This document shows positions 9,099-19,051 of a stretch of 64,000 nucleotides of DNA, one piece after another; the first letter of the stretch is position 1; each line of letters begins with the position of its first letter. The position numbers and the translations under genes were made by a program. The DNA is from Bacillota bacterium (GTDB taxonomy: Bacteria; Bacillota_I; Bacilli_A; RFN20; CAG-826), in NCBI GenBank assembly GCA_039799785.1, contig JBDLRZ010000013.1, positions 6,072 to 70,071 of the forward strand, given 5' to 3'. The notes beneath the pieces are model-generated. The model was not told where the DNA came from and did no database searches. It saw only the letters and a program-made list of their open reading frames with translations.

Positions 9099-10782
9099 AG
9101 CAAACCCCTCCTTGGTTGAATAGGCCTTCATCGTTAGTTTGATAAGCATAGGCACAATCTGTATCAATGAGACGTTGTCTTTGGAATGCTTGATATTCAA
9201 GGAATTCAATATAGGTATTCCATGTATTGATTTCTTGGAGGTTTTGATCAAATGTCGAACTTCTGCGTGTTACGTCCATATAGTTAAGTACGGCGGATTC
9301 TAAATCTTCATCGATGAACGTAACTTCTTGTTCAGCAATGAGTTGTTCTAACATTCTAAAGTTGAAGAAGCGATCAAAATTGCGAATTTCATTCGTTACA
9401 GTTTCTGAACGAGTTTTGTAATTTGCAGTGGTCGTGACATTGAAATTGACGAATGTAACTAAATCTTGACCGTTAGAGGTTGGATAGTTTGGTGTTCCAG
9501 GAATTTCAGTCGTGTAATATTGTTCTAAACTCACACCGTTTTGAATATCAATTAAAGCAGAGCGTTCTACAACGATAAAGTGAATACCTTGATAACCACT
9601 ATCACCGGATCCTGTACCAGCGCGAACTACTAAAATGACCTTACCGTTTTCATCGGTGAGTACGCGTTGGTTATTAAGTTCTGGAACATTTCTAAAGCCT
9701 TCATAAATATAATCACCACCACCGAGACTTTCGGGAGTTACAACTGAAATATTATGACGATTAAAATATTGATTAAAAATGACATTGCGTGGATAGTAAA
9801 GCGTGTCATTGTTGTTGACTGGGTTACCGTTAATGTCTTTGGTAACATTTGCAAATTGATCTAAAGAAACGAATGCATGGAATGGAATCGTGCCTAAGCC
9901 TAATTCTTCAAAATAATCGATAGCAGTTTGAGGAACATTTAATTCTTCACTTTTTTCAACAACTTCTGCATTTTGATTGAAGACAGCATCATAGGCATAA
10001 ATACCTAATTTAAATTCATTAACAAAACTCGTAGCCTTAGACATAATGCCTAAGTCACCGAATTGTTCTTTTGAACCATCTTCACTCATTTCACGTGCAA
10101 CTTCACCAAATGTTTCACCATTACGTTGGATGGCTAAACGATTGGCAACAGCAAATAATTTTTTGGATTCAGCTTCGGTAATTCGACCGTTATATAAGTC
10201 AGCACCTGCAGCTGAGACCTTCACCAAAATATGCTTCACATGGTATGGTAAACGTTCATTTAAGTATCCTGGGCCAAATTCATTTCCAGTGACAAAGCTT
10301 GATAAATTGTTATCAAAATAACGATCTTCAACTTCTTGTTTCATCGTGCGGTAAGCAAAATAATCTTTAAGTTCCTCTAAGTCTTCAACATTATAGGATT
10401 CTAAAAGCGTGTTTAATTCATCATTATAATTGGTGCCATTCGTTGAGGCATTATTTCTGGCTGTTTCTTTAACGCCATCCACACTAATGTCAGCTTTACG
10501 AAGAATTTCCGCCTTAAGAGCTTGACTTTCAGCATCTTCTTGATTGATTTGGTTACGAATCACTAATTCAGTGACCGCTTCAACAAATTTAGATACGCCA
10601 AATTCATTGTCTCGGTAATTACCAAAAAGTTGGTCGGCGGTGTAACCTGTCGCATTGCCGTCCTTATCTTTCATTGTAATTAAAAAACCGTCCGTATTTT
10701 CAGTGACTGGGTTGCTACATGCACTTAACGTGACGAGCGTGGCCAAGGCAAACGATGCGATGGCAAATTTCGTGCGATTCAT
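9085..10782 (-). CDS. PrsA-like lipoprotein foldase (parvulin-type PPIase domain with a large insertion)
   Basis: Signal and lipobox MNRTKFAIASFALATLVTLSAC. Parvulin motifs HVKHILVKV ... FGDLGIMSK..FVNEF ... GYQGIHFIVVER are split by about 150 aa. Confidence 0.6.
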   Translation of the reverse strand: MNRTKFAIASFALATLVTLSACSNPVTENTDGFLITMKDKDGNATGYTADQLFGNYRDNEFGVSKFVEAVTELVIRNQINQEDAESQALKAEILRKADISVDGVKETARNNASTNGTNYNDELNTLLESYNVEDLEELKDYFAYRTMKQEVEDRYFDNNLSSFVTGNEFGPGYLNERLPYHVKHILVKVSAAGADLYNGRITEAESKKLFAVANRLAIQRNGETFGEVAREMSEDGSKEQFGDLGIMSKATSFVNEFKLGIYAYDAVFNQNAEVVEKSEELNVPQTAIDYFEELGLGTIPFHAFVSLDQFANVTKDINGNPVNNNDTLYYPRNVIFNQYFNRHNISVVTPESLGGGDYIYEGFRNVPELNNQRVLTDENGKVILVVRAGTGSGDSGYQGIHFIVVERSALIDIQNGVSLEQYYTTEIPGTPNYPTSNGQDLVTFVNFNVTTTANYKTRSETVTNEIRNFDRFFNFRMLEQLIAEQEVTFIDEDLESAVLNYMDVTRRSSTFDQNLQEINTWNTYIEFLEYQAFQRQRLIDTDCAYAYQTNDEGLFNQGGVCYVQQ

Positions 10783-10940
10783 TTATTCAGAATCCTCCTA
10801 GCAATAAAGCATAGTTATTTTATTATTTTATGAGGTTATATTCAACAAATATCTACTTTTTTATATTAAAAGTATCTGAATGTAATTTAAATCCCATAGA
10901 AATAGCAAGAATAACAGCAAAATTTACTATATCATATGGT

Positions 10941-10969
10941 TTGTGATATGAAGGTAAATAACTTAAAAT
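10941..10969 (+). promoter_or_regulatory. Candidate sigma-A promoter of the suf operon (TTGTGA-17-TAAAAT)
   Basis: Hexamers at 10941-10946 and 10964-10969 have 17-nt spacing and lie about 20 nt upstream of the sufC RBS. Confidence 0.3.
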
Positions 10970-10990
10970 ATACCTTTGAAGGAGATAATT

Positions 10991-11839
10991 ATGTCAAAAT
11001 TAGAAATTAAAAATTTATGGGTGAAGGTTGCCGACATCCATATTTTAAAAGGTGTCAACCTAACTATACAAGATCATGAAACAGTTGCTTTACTTGGCCC
11101 GAATGGTCATGGTAAGTCAACGTTATTGTCTGCCATTATGGGTCATCCTAAATATGAAATTACAGAAGGAGAAATCCTTTTAGATGGCAAAAACGTCAGA
11201 GAAATGGAAGTTGATGAACGTTCCCGTGCTGGTTTATTTTTAGGTATGCAACATCCTTCTGAGGTTCCCGGCGTTATTAATTCTGATTTTTTAAAGGCTG
11301 CGATTAACGTTCGAAGAGAAAAACCAATCAATTTAGTTGAGTTGTATAAAAAGTTGGATGATGCTTCAAAACAAATGAAAATCCCAATGGAATTAAGCCA
11401 CCGTCATTTAAACGAAGGTTTTTCAGGTGGAGAACGTAAAAGAAATGAAATACTTCAATTACTTTTGTTAAAACCAACAATCGCAATGTTAGATGAAATC
11501 GATTCGGGTTTAGATGTGGATGCTTTACAATCCGTTAGTGAAGCGATTAAGAAAATTCAACGTGAAACAAAGATGAGTTTTTTAATCATTTCTCACTATG
11601 CTAGACTCTTCCAAATGATTCAACCAACGAGAGTTGTTGTCATGATTAATGGACGAATCGCGGTCGAGGGCGGTCCAGAGGTCATTACAAAAGTCGATGG
11701 ATCTGGTTATGAATGGCTGACGAAGGAATATGGTATTAGCATTAAGAAAGAAGATAAAAATACCAAACCTATTTCCATGAACACAATTTCGATTGGAGCC
11801 TGTGCGACAAATGAGGCCACTCAACATGCAAAGAAATAA
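10991..11839 (+). CDS. sufC: Fe-S cluster assembly ATPase SufC
   Basis: Start moved to the ATG at 10991 (GAAGGAG RBS 6 nt upstream). Walker A GPNGHGKST, signature FSGGERKR, Walker B AMLDEIDSGLD. The C-terminal tail is about 30 aa longer than I expect for SufC. Confidence 0.9.
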   Translation: MSKLEIKNLWVKVADIHILKGVNLTIQDHETVALLGPNGHGKSTLLSAIMGHPKYEITEGEILLDGKNVREMEVDERSRAGLFLGMQHPSEVPGVINSDFLKAAINVRREKPINLVELYKKLDDASKQMKIPMELSHRHLNEGFSGGERKRNEILQLLLLKPTIAMLDEIDSGLDVDALQSVSEAIKKIQRETKMSFLIISHYARLFQMIQPTRVVVMINGRIAVEGGPEVITKVDGSGYEWLTKEYGISIKKEDKNTKPISMNTISIGACATNEATQHAKK

Positions 11840-12647
11840 ACTGATTGCCAACCAATCAGTTTTCCACATTCCATCCTCTAAAGATAGAATGCATTATTTA
11901 TTAGATTTGAGTGATGTCAATTTTTCACCCATTCATTTGGTGATTGCTCCTAATGCAGATATGGATCTTCTTATCCATAACGGTAAGCAAGATTTGAAAC
12001 TGGAAGTTGATATCGCAGATCATGTTTTAGGCAAAATCCAATTTGCCATGTTTGGCGTCAATAAAAATTTTAGTTGGCAAGCATCAGTTGGTGCGAATGT
12101 TAATCTTGAGGCTGCCATTGCCGACTTTACAGAAGGTAAAGGCAAAGTCATGATTAGCTTTGAAATGTTAGGAAGAGATTCACAAATTGAGTGGAGAACG
12201 GCTGCATTGGCGAGTCATCAAGATCGTAAATTTTATTCTGTCAATTTCACCCATAAAAACTTTAATACCTATGCCAATATGACCAATTATGGAGTTACAG
12301 AGGGCCAAAGTAGTCTTCAATTTACTGGTACAGGACATATTTTGAATGGTGCTAAATTTTCGAAAACGCATCAAGCTGCCAAAATCATGGTGTTCGATGA
12401 AAAATGTTTTGGTCGCGCGGATCCTGTCTTAAAAATTGATGAAAATGAAGTAGAAGCATCTCATGCTGCGACTGTTGGACGCGTTAATGAAGATCATCTT
12501 TATTACCTACAATCACGTGGTCTCACCAAACAAGAAGCAAAACGCCTCATTACCTTAGGCTACCTTCAGCCAATCATTGCTTATTTTACGGATGAATCGA
12601 TTCAACAACAATTATCAAAACAAATTGAATTAGGAAATCAAGAGTGA
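11826..12647 (+). CDS. sufD: SufD-like Fe-S assembly protein (short form)
   Basis: The C-terminal SufB/SufD region (EASHAATVGRVNEDHLYYLQSRGL) is paralogous to the SufB tail at 14286-15683. Position between sufC and sufS. Start ATG 11826 is inferred (GAGG 10 nt upstream). Confidence 0.7.
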   Translation: MQRNKLIANQSVFHIPSSKDRMHYLLDLSDVNFSPIHLVIAPNADMDLLIHNGKQDLKLEVDIADHVLGKIQFAMFGVNKNFSWQASVGANVNLEAAIADFTEGKGKVMISFEMLGRDSQIEWRTAALASHQDRKFYSVNFTHKNFNTYANMTNYGVTEGQSSLQFTGTGHILNGAKFSKTHQAAKIMVFDEKCFGRADPVLKIDENEVEASHAATVGRVNEDHLYYLQSRGLTKQEAKRLITLGYLQPIIAYFTDESIQQQLSKQIELGNQE

Positions 12648-13867
12648 ACCTTAAGCAAATTCGAAAAGACTTTCCAATTTTTAAAAAGAAATTCAAAGGA
12701 AAATCTTTGGTATATTTTGACAATGCCTCCACAACCTTAAAGCCTTTACCTGTTGTGAAGGCGATGGATCGATATTATTTGGAATATCCTGTGAATGCTG
12801 GCCGTGGAGAATATGATTTAGCTCATTTATTAGAAACTGAAATTGAAATATCCAGAAAAAAAGTCGCAGACTTTATCCAAGCAAATGCAAATGAAATTGT
12901 ATTCACCACTGGCACAACCATGGGGATCAATCTCATTGCCCAAAGTTACGCCATGCATAATTTAAAAGCTGGTGATGAAATTATCATTACTGAATCGGAA
13001 CATGCTGCCAATGTTTTGCCATGGTATCAAGTTTCAGAAAAAACCGGTGCTAAAGTTGTCATCATTGAATTGGATGCCCAACAAAGATTAACCCCACCAT
13101 TATTAAAACCACATCTAAATAAAAAGACAAAAATTGTTTCTTTTGCCAGTGTGAGTAATGTTCTAGGAACCAAAACAAATATCAAGGCATTGGCAGAATT
13201 AGCTCATTCTGTCGGTGCAATTGTCATCGTGGATGGTGCACAATCTGTTCCTCACATGATCACTCAAGTCAAATCTGACGACATCGATTTCTTAGTATTT
13301 TCTGGTCATAAAATGCTCGGTCCAACTGGGATTGGTGTTTTATATGGCAAGTTTGATTTATTAGAAAAAATGAAACCTTTCTTTACGGGTGGAGCGATGT
13401 CACTTCGCTTTAATAAACAACGCATGGTTAAATATGCTCCGATTCCTCAAATATTTGAAGCAGGTACACAAAACTGGGCGGGAATTATTGGCCTAAAAGC
13501 TGCAATTGAATATCTTGAAAAAATTAGTTTTGATTTCATTCATGATCAAGAAACACGATTGAAAGATTACTGCCTTGCTGGCCTAAAAAAGATTGACCAT
13601 ATCAAAGTTTATAATCTTGAAACGGATACAGCGATTATTGCTTTTAATATCGTAGGCGTGAATCCTCAAGATGCCGCAACTTATTTTAATAGCCAAGGCG
13701 TTGCCGTTCGATCTGGACAACATTGTGCTCGGAATCTGGTGGATTATTTGAAAACAGAAGGAACCGTTCGCTGGTCTGCATACTTTTATAACACCATTGA
13801 AGAAGTTGATCGTTTTTTAGAAGCTGCCAAGAAAGGAAGGAATTTCCTCGATGCCTATTTTCAATGA
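12644..13867 (+). CDS. sufS: Cysteine desulfurase SufS (class II aminotransferase fold)
   Basis: PLP-lysine region FSGHKMLGPTG and active-site region RSGQHCA. The GTG start overlaps the sufD stop (GTGA). Confidence 0.9.
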   Translation: MNLKQIRKDFPIFKKKFKGKSLVYFDNASTTLKPLPVVKAMDRYYLEYPVNAGRGEYDLAHLLETEIEISRKKVADFIQANANEIVFTTGTTMGINLIAQSYAMHNLKAGDEIIITESEHAANVLPWYQVSEKTGAKVVIIELDAQQRLTPPLLKPHLNKKTKIVSFASVSNVLGTKTNIKALAELAHSVGAIVIVDGAQSVPHMITQVKSDDIDFLVFSGHKMLGPTGIGVLYGKFDLLEKMKPFFTGGAMSLRFNKQRMVKYAPIPQIFEAGTQNWAGIIGLKAAIEYLEKISFDFIHDQETRLKDYCLAGLKKIDHIKVYNLETDTAIIAFNIVGVNPQDAATYFNSQGVAVRSGQHCARNLVDYLKTEGTVRWSAYFYNTIEEVDRFLEAAKKGRNFLDAYFQ

Positions 13868-14285
13868 CCCATTGATGATGCGTCAAATTATTATGGACCA
13901 TTACGAACATCCACGTAATCGACTGAAACTAACATTACCAGGTGTCAAAACCATTCATGTTGATACGTCAGGTTGTATCGATGATATCAATGTCAATCTT
14001 TTGTTAGAAAATGGCATAATTAAAGCGCTTAGTTTTGAAGGTGTAGCTTGTACCATTTCGACAGCATCAACTTCCATCATGACTGAGTTACTTACGCTCA
14101 AATCTAAAGAAGAAGCCTCTTACATCATCGAGCAATATATAAAAATGATTCATGCCCAACCTTATGATGAAAGTGTTCTAGGTGAAGCGATGGTGTTCCA
14201 AAATACGTATAAACAAGCAAGTCGCATTAAATGTGCAACACTCGCTTGGCAAGGTTTATCTGAGTTATTAAAGGAGGAAAAATAA
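13851..14285 (+). CDS. sufU: SufU-type sulfur acceptor / Fe-S scaffold-like protein
   Basis: DHYEHPRN N-terminus plus three conserved Cys contexts (SGCIDD, VACTIS, CATLAW). Confidence 0.85.
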   Translation: MPIFNDPLMMRQIIMDHYEHPRNRLKLTLPGVKTIHVDTSGCIDDINVNLLLENGIIKALSFEGVACTISTASTSIMTELLTLKSKEEASYIIEQYIKMIHAQPYDESVLGEAMVFQNTYKQASRIKCATLAWQGLSELLKEEK

Positions 14286-15683
14286 ATGGATAAAGACAAT
14301 ATTCCCCAAGACGAATATCGTTATGGGTTTAATGATAAAGATGTTTCAATTTTAAAAACTGACAAAGGTATTTCAGAAGCCATTGTTCGTCAAATTTCTC
14401 GGTTGAAAAAAGAACCAGCTTGGATGGAAGAAAAACGTGTCGAAGCCTTTAAAGTTTTCCAAGGCCTAAAGATGCCTAATTTTGGTCCTGATTTAAACTT
14501 TATTGATTTTCAAACGTACACTTATTACACCAAACCTTCTGAAAGAGAAGAAACCACGTGGGATAAAGTTCCTGACACCATTAAGAATACGTTCCAAAAA
14601 TTAGGTATTCCGGAAGCAGAAGCAAAGTACTTATCAGGTGTTACCACACAATATGAATCGGAAGTGGTCTACCACTCCATGTTAAAAGAAGTCGAAGACA
14701 AGGGTATTAAATTTTTATCGACGGATGAAGGATTAAAACAATTCCCCGAATTATTTAAGCAATATTTTGGATCCGTCATTGCGATGAATGATAATAAATT
14801 TGCAGCACTCAATACTGCTGTTTGGTCTGGTGGATCGTTTATTTATGTCCCAAAAAATGTCCATTTAGATAAGCCTTTACAAGCTTATTTCCGAATTAAT
14901 AATGAAAAGACGGGACAATTTGAACGCACACTTATTATTGTGGATGAAGGTGCAAGCGTAAACTATGTTGAAGGTTGCACGGCTCCAATTTATTCTATTG
15001 AATCCTTACATGCTGCGGTTGTAGAAATCATTGTCTTACCGAATGCAAAATGCCGATATACGACAATTCAAAACTGGTCACCTAATGTATTAAACCTCGT
15101 CACCAAACGTGCTTACTGTCACGAAAACGCTCAAATGGAATGGATTGATGGCAACATTGGTTCCATGAAAAACATGAAATACCCTGCGGTAGTTCTTGGT
15201 GGTCGTGGTTCAAAAGGAACGGTCATTTCAATCGCAGTGGCCGGTAAAGGTCAAGAACAAGATGCTGGTGCCAGAATGATTCACTTAGCACCAGACACGT
15301 CCTCTACCATCGTCTCTAAAACCATTGTTCGTAATGGTGGTGTCAGTAACTATCGCGGAACGGTTCGTATTCATCCTCAAGCGATTAATTCAAAAAATCA
15401 TACAGAATGTGACACGTTAATCTTGGATGGTCGCTCCAAAGCGGACACCATTCCTAAAGACGAAGTTTTAAACAATGAATCTTTTATTGAACATGAAGCA
15501 ACGGTCAGTAAAATTTCTGAAGATCAACTTTTCTATTTAATGTCTCGAGGTCTATCAGAAGAAGATGCAACCCAAATGATTATCATGGGCTTTATCGAGC
15601 CATTTTCACGCGAATTACCGATGGAATATGCGGTTGAATTAAACCATTTAATCAAATTGGAAATGGAAGGTAGTGTCGGTTAA
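14286..15683 (+). CDS. sufB: Fe-S cluster assembly scaffold SufB
   Basis: 465 aa with highly conserved SufB blocks ([42 protein letters not shown]). Confidence 0.95.
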   Translation: MDKDNIPQDEYRYGFNDKDVSILKTDKGISEAIVRQISRLKKEPAWMEEKRVEAFKVFQGLKMPNFGPDLNFIDFQTYTYYTKPSEREETTWDKVPDTIKNTFQKLGIPEAEAKYLSGVTTQYESEVVYHSMLKEVEDKGIKFLSTDEGLKQFPELFKQYFGSVIAMNDNKFAALNTAVWSGGSFIYVPKNVHLDKPLQAYFRINNEKTGQFERTLIIVDEGASVNYVEGCTAPIYSIESLHAAVVEIIVLPNAKCRYTTIQNWSPNVLNLVTKRAYCHENAQMEWIDGNIGSMKNMKYPAVVLGGRGSKGTVISIAVAGKGQEQDAGARMIHLAPDTSSTIVSKTIVRNGGVSNYRGTVRIHPQAINSKNHTECDTLILDGRSKADTIPKDEVLNNESFIEHEATVSKISEDQLFYLMSRGLSEEDATQMIIMGFIEPFSRELPMEYAVELNHLIKLEMEGSVG

Positions 15684-15689
15684 TTTTCT

Positions 15690-17579
15690 ATGACGCGATA
15701 TGAAGTGATTGTCATTGGTGGGGGTCATGCTGGTTTAGAAGCAGCTTTTGCTGCTGCCAATATGGGCGCTAAAACCTTACTGATTACGCTCAATAAAAAG
15801 ATGATGGGTAATATGCCATGCAATCCTTCGATTGGTGGAAGTGCCAAAGGTATTGTGGTCCGAGAAATCGATGCTTTAGGTGGAAAAATGGGCATCGGTG
15901 CCGATGCTGAGTACCTGCAAATGAAAATGCTTAACACTGGCAAAGGTCCTGGTGTTCAATGCCTACGGGCTCAAGTTGATAAATTAAGATATCCTCGTTA
16001 CATGCAAAAACTTGCAGATGAAACAGAAAATCTTACTGTCAAAGAAGGGATGGTTCTTAACTTATTACATGATGATCATCACGTTTTTGGTGTTGAGTTA
16101 TCAAGTGGAGAAACCATTGAATCTGAAGCGGTGATTTTAACAACGGGAACCTATATGGAAGCTGAAGTTTTGGTTGGATTGACCAAACGATCGGCTGGAC
16201 CAGATGGTGAAAAACCAAGTTTAGGTTTATCACCAAATCTTGCAAAAATGGGTATTGAATTATTCCGTTTAAAAACCGGAACACCTCCGCGACTTAAACG
16301 TGGTTCGATTGATTTTTCAAAAATGGATCCTCAATATCCTTCAGAAGGTGACCTGCTTTTTTCCAGTCTTACAACTCATGCTAAACCTTTCTCTGAACAA
16401 GCTTTATGCTATTTAATTCATACCCAACCTCAAACGCATGAAATCATTCGCCAAAATTTAAAGCAATCTGCCATGTTTGGTGGTTTGGTAACGGGCGTTG
16501 GTCCTCGGTATTGCCCATCGATTGAAGATAAAGTTGTTCGATTTGCAGATAAAGAAAGACACCAACTATTCATTGAACCAGAATCTGCAGAAACAGATTC
16601 GATGTACTTGCAAGGTTTTTCGACCTCGATGCCACCTGAAATTCAAGAAAAAATGGTGCGTTCTTTACCAGGTTTAGAAAACGCAGAGTTTTTAAAATAT
16701 GCTTATGCAATTGAGTATGATGCCATCGTTCCTACCCAATTTGATTTAACGCTTGAATTAAAAAAATGGCCAGGACTTTATGGTGCTGGTCAGATATTTG
16801 GAACGTCTGGTTATGAAGAAGCAGCCGGTGCAGGCATCATGGCAGGCATTAACGCAGTTAGAAAAATTCGCAAACAACCTCCTGTCATTTTAAGACGAGA
16901 CCAAGCCTATATCGGCGTTATGATTGATGATTTAGTTACCAAAGGAACACAAGAACCTTATCGGTTATTATCCTCTCGCGCAGAGTATCGATTATTACTT
17001 AGACACGATAATGCTGCGGCTAGATTAACTGACATTGGTTATGACATTGGTTTGGTTAAAGACAAACAATACAAAATTTATAAAGAAGAACAAAAACAAC
17101 TTCAAGAAGTGGAACAACATTTGAAATCTATTTCCATTCGTCCTAATCCATCCATTAATACTTTCCTAGCAACGCTTGAGCAAGGTGCTTTACAAGGCGG
17201 AATTACTGCTTATGAATTACTCAGAAGACCCCAAATTAAATTTCATGATTTATTGGTCTTTTTCCCTACACTAAAGATGTTTCAACTATCGGAACCGCTT
17301 TTAACGCAATTAGAAGTGAATGTTAAATTTGTTGGCTACATTGAAAAGGAAATTAAACAAGCCCAAGCGTTTGCTAAATACGAAGATTTAACAATTCCAC
17401 AAGCAATTGATTATGCAAATCTTGCAGGCATGGCAATGGAAGCAAGACAAAAATTAAGTAAGATAAGACCCTTAACCATCGGACAAGCTTCCAGAATTTC
17501 AGGCGTCAATCCAAGCGACATATCACTTTTAGTGATGCAAATTAAAAAAGGATTTCAACGTGGAACCGTCACAGCTTAA
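15690..17579 (+). CDS. mnmG: tRNA uridine-5-carboxymethylaminomethyl synthesis enzyme MnmG (GidA)
   Basis: FAD fold VIVIGGGHAGLEAA, CNPSIGG, GPRYCPSIEDK, and the C-terminal SRISGVNPSDISLL. Confidence 0.95.
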   Translation: MTRYEVIVIGGGHAGLEAAFAAANMGAKTLLITLNKKMMGNMPCNPSIGGSAKGIVVREIDALGGKMGIGADAEYLQMKMLNTGKGPGVQCLRAQVDKLRYPRYMQKLADETENLTVKEGMVLNLLHDDHHVFGVELSSGETIESEAVILTTGTYMEAEVLVGLTKRSAGPDGEKPSLGLSPNLAKMGIELFRLKTGTPPRLKRGSIDFSKMDPQYPSEGDLLFSSLTTHAKPFSEQALCYLIHTQPQTHEIIRQNLKQSAMFGGLVTGVGPRYCPSIEDKVVRFADKERHQLFIEPESAETDSMYLQGFSTSMPPEIQEKMVRSLPGLENAEFLKYAYAIEYDAIVPTQFDLTLELKKWPGLYGAGQIFGTSGYEEAAGAGIMAGINAVRKIRKQPPVILRRDQAYIGVMIDDLVTKGTQEPYRLLSSRAEYRLLLRHDNAAARLTDIGYDIGLVKDKQYKIYKEEQKQLQEVEQHLKSISIRPNPSINTFLATLEQGALQGGITAYELLRRPQIKFHDLLVFFPTLKMFQLSEPLLTQLEVNVKFVGYIEKEIKQAQAFAKYEDLTIPQAIDYANLAGMAMEARQKLSKIRPLTIGQASRISGVNPSDISLLVMQIKKGFQRGTVTA

Positions 17580-18267
17580 ATTAGCATTACAACACATTCA
17601 AGTCACCGTTGACGATACGTCACTTTTAAGTTTGAAAACCTTTGCTGAACAGGTTTTTCAAACCAATCAACTTTTTAATTTAACGGCATACTCGAGCCTT
17701 GAAATGATGTATGAAAAAGGAATCTATGACAGTTTGTGCTTCCCGTTAGCCCAATTTCAAAAAACGGCAACGGTAATGGATGTTGGTTCAGGGGCAGGGT
17801 TTCCAGGGATTCCTTTAAAAATCATCTATCCTCACTTAACCATGACCTTATTAGAACCCACCCTTAAAAAAACGCAATTTTTAAATGACACAATTAAACT
17901 TTTAAAACTTAAAGGCATCCAAGCATTAGGTGAAAGAGCTGAAATCTTAGCAAGAGATCAAAACTTTACGGCAGTTGATTATGTTGTTGCTAGAGCCGTT
18001 GCCCCACTTCCAGTTTTACTTGAATTGACGATTCCTCTTTTAAAGGTTGGAGGTCAAGCACTCATCTATAAGGGAAAAGATTATTTGGCTGAAATTGCTC
18101 TGGCAAAGAATGCTTTAAGAGTGTTAGGTGCATCAATTGTTGAAGTCAAAACCCATCGATTACCAACCGATCACGAGCAGCGTTCCTTACTCGTCATCGA
18201 GAAAAAAATCCCTACACCCTCGACTTATCCACGAATGTTTTCACAGATTAAAAAATCTCCTTTATAA
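17560..18267 (+). CDS. rsmG: 16S rRNA m7G527 methyltransferase RsmG (GidB)
   Basis: SAM motif DVGSGAGFPGIPLKI and position after mnmG. The GTG start overlaps mnmG by 20 nt. The start is uncertain. Confidence 0.8.
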   Translation: MEPSQLKLALQHIQVTVDDTSLLSLKTFAEQVFQTNQLFNLTAYSSLEMMYEKGIYDSLCFPLAQFQKTATVMDVGSGAGFPGIPLKIIYPHLTMTLLEPTLKKTQFLNDTIKLLKLKGIQALGERAEILARDQNFTAVDYVVARAVAPLPVLLELTIPLLKVGGQALIYKGKDYLAEIALAKNALRVLGASIVEVKTHRLPTDHEQRSLLVIEKKIPTPSTYPRMFSQIKKSPL

Positions 18268-18277
18268 TTAAATTAAT

Positions 18278-19051
18278 ATGGGAAAAATTATTGCCATCGC
18301 AAACCAAAAAGGTGGTGTTGGTAAAACCACGACTTCAGTTTCACTTGCAAGCGGCCTTGCTCAACTGGGGCATAAAGTTTTAATCATTGATTTGGATCCT
18401 CAGGGAAATGCAAGTCGAGCAGTTGGTGTTGAAGTTGCAACGCTTTCTCAAAGTATTTATGAAGTGATTAAAGGTTCCCTTTCTATTCGACAAGCGATTC
18501 GATACACTGCCATGAAGTCTTTATCCATTCTTCCTGCTTCTTTACAATTAGCAACAGTGGAAAGTGAACTTGCAGCGAACGGATCGTCCAATCCATATTT
18601 CAAACTTAAAGAAGTCATTGATTCAATTAAAAATAATTATGATTATTTGATTATGGATTGCCCTCCTTCATTAGGATGGATTTCTGTCTCTGCACTCGTT
18701 GCGTGTGACAGTGTTCTGGTGCCGGTGCAATGTGAATATTTTGCGATGGAAGCTGTTGCACAAGTACTTGCTACCATTCAACAAGTTAAAAGTGAATATC
18801 ACCCTCAATTAAAAATTGAAGGTTTTTTATTAACGATGTATGATCCTCGAACCCGCCTTGCAACCGAAATTTCAACTGAAGTAAGAGGATTGTTTAAAGA
18901 AAACACCTTCTATACTCAAATTCCTAGAAATATTTCTTTAGCAGAAGCGAGTGCAAAAGGTATGCCCATTCATTTATATAGACCAAGTTCGAGTGGTGCA
19001 GAAGCCTACCTTGCTTTAGCGAAGGAGGTCATTGATCATGGCAGAGCGTAA
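18278..19051 (+). CDS. parA: ParA/Soj chromosome-partitioning ATPase
   Basis: Deviant Walker A NQKGGVGKTTT, DLDPQGN, and Walker B-like YLIMDCPPSL. Confidence 0.9.
   Translation: MGKIIAIANQKGGVGKTTTSVSLASGLAQLGHKVLIIDLDPQGNASRAVGVEVATLSQSIYEVIKGSLSIRQAIRYTAMKSLSILPASLQLATVESELAANGSSNPYFKLKEVIDSIKNNYDYLIMDCPPSLGWISVSALVACDSVLVPVQCEYFAMEAVAQVLATIQQVKSEYHPQLKIEGFLLTMYDPRTRLATEISTEVRGLFKENTFYTQIPRNISLAEASAKGMPIHLYRPSSSGAEAYLALAKEVIDHGRA

Noticed and set aside
10929-10949. Inverted repeat ATATCA-N9-TGATAT upstream of sufC as a possible Suf regulator operator
   Set aside because: The arms are short, AT-only and expected by chance in AT-rich intergenic DNA. No regulator gene is adjacent.
11554-11569. 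parS-like 16-mer AATTCAACGTGAAACA inside sufC, and a similar AATTCGACGTGAAACA at 31610-31625 inside rny
   Set aside because: Only the right half matches the TGTTNCACGTGAAACA consensus (12 of 16) and the left arm is not palindromic. These are most likely coincidental coding sequence.
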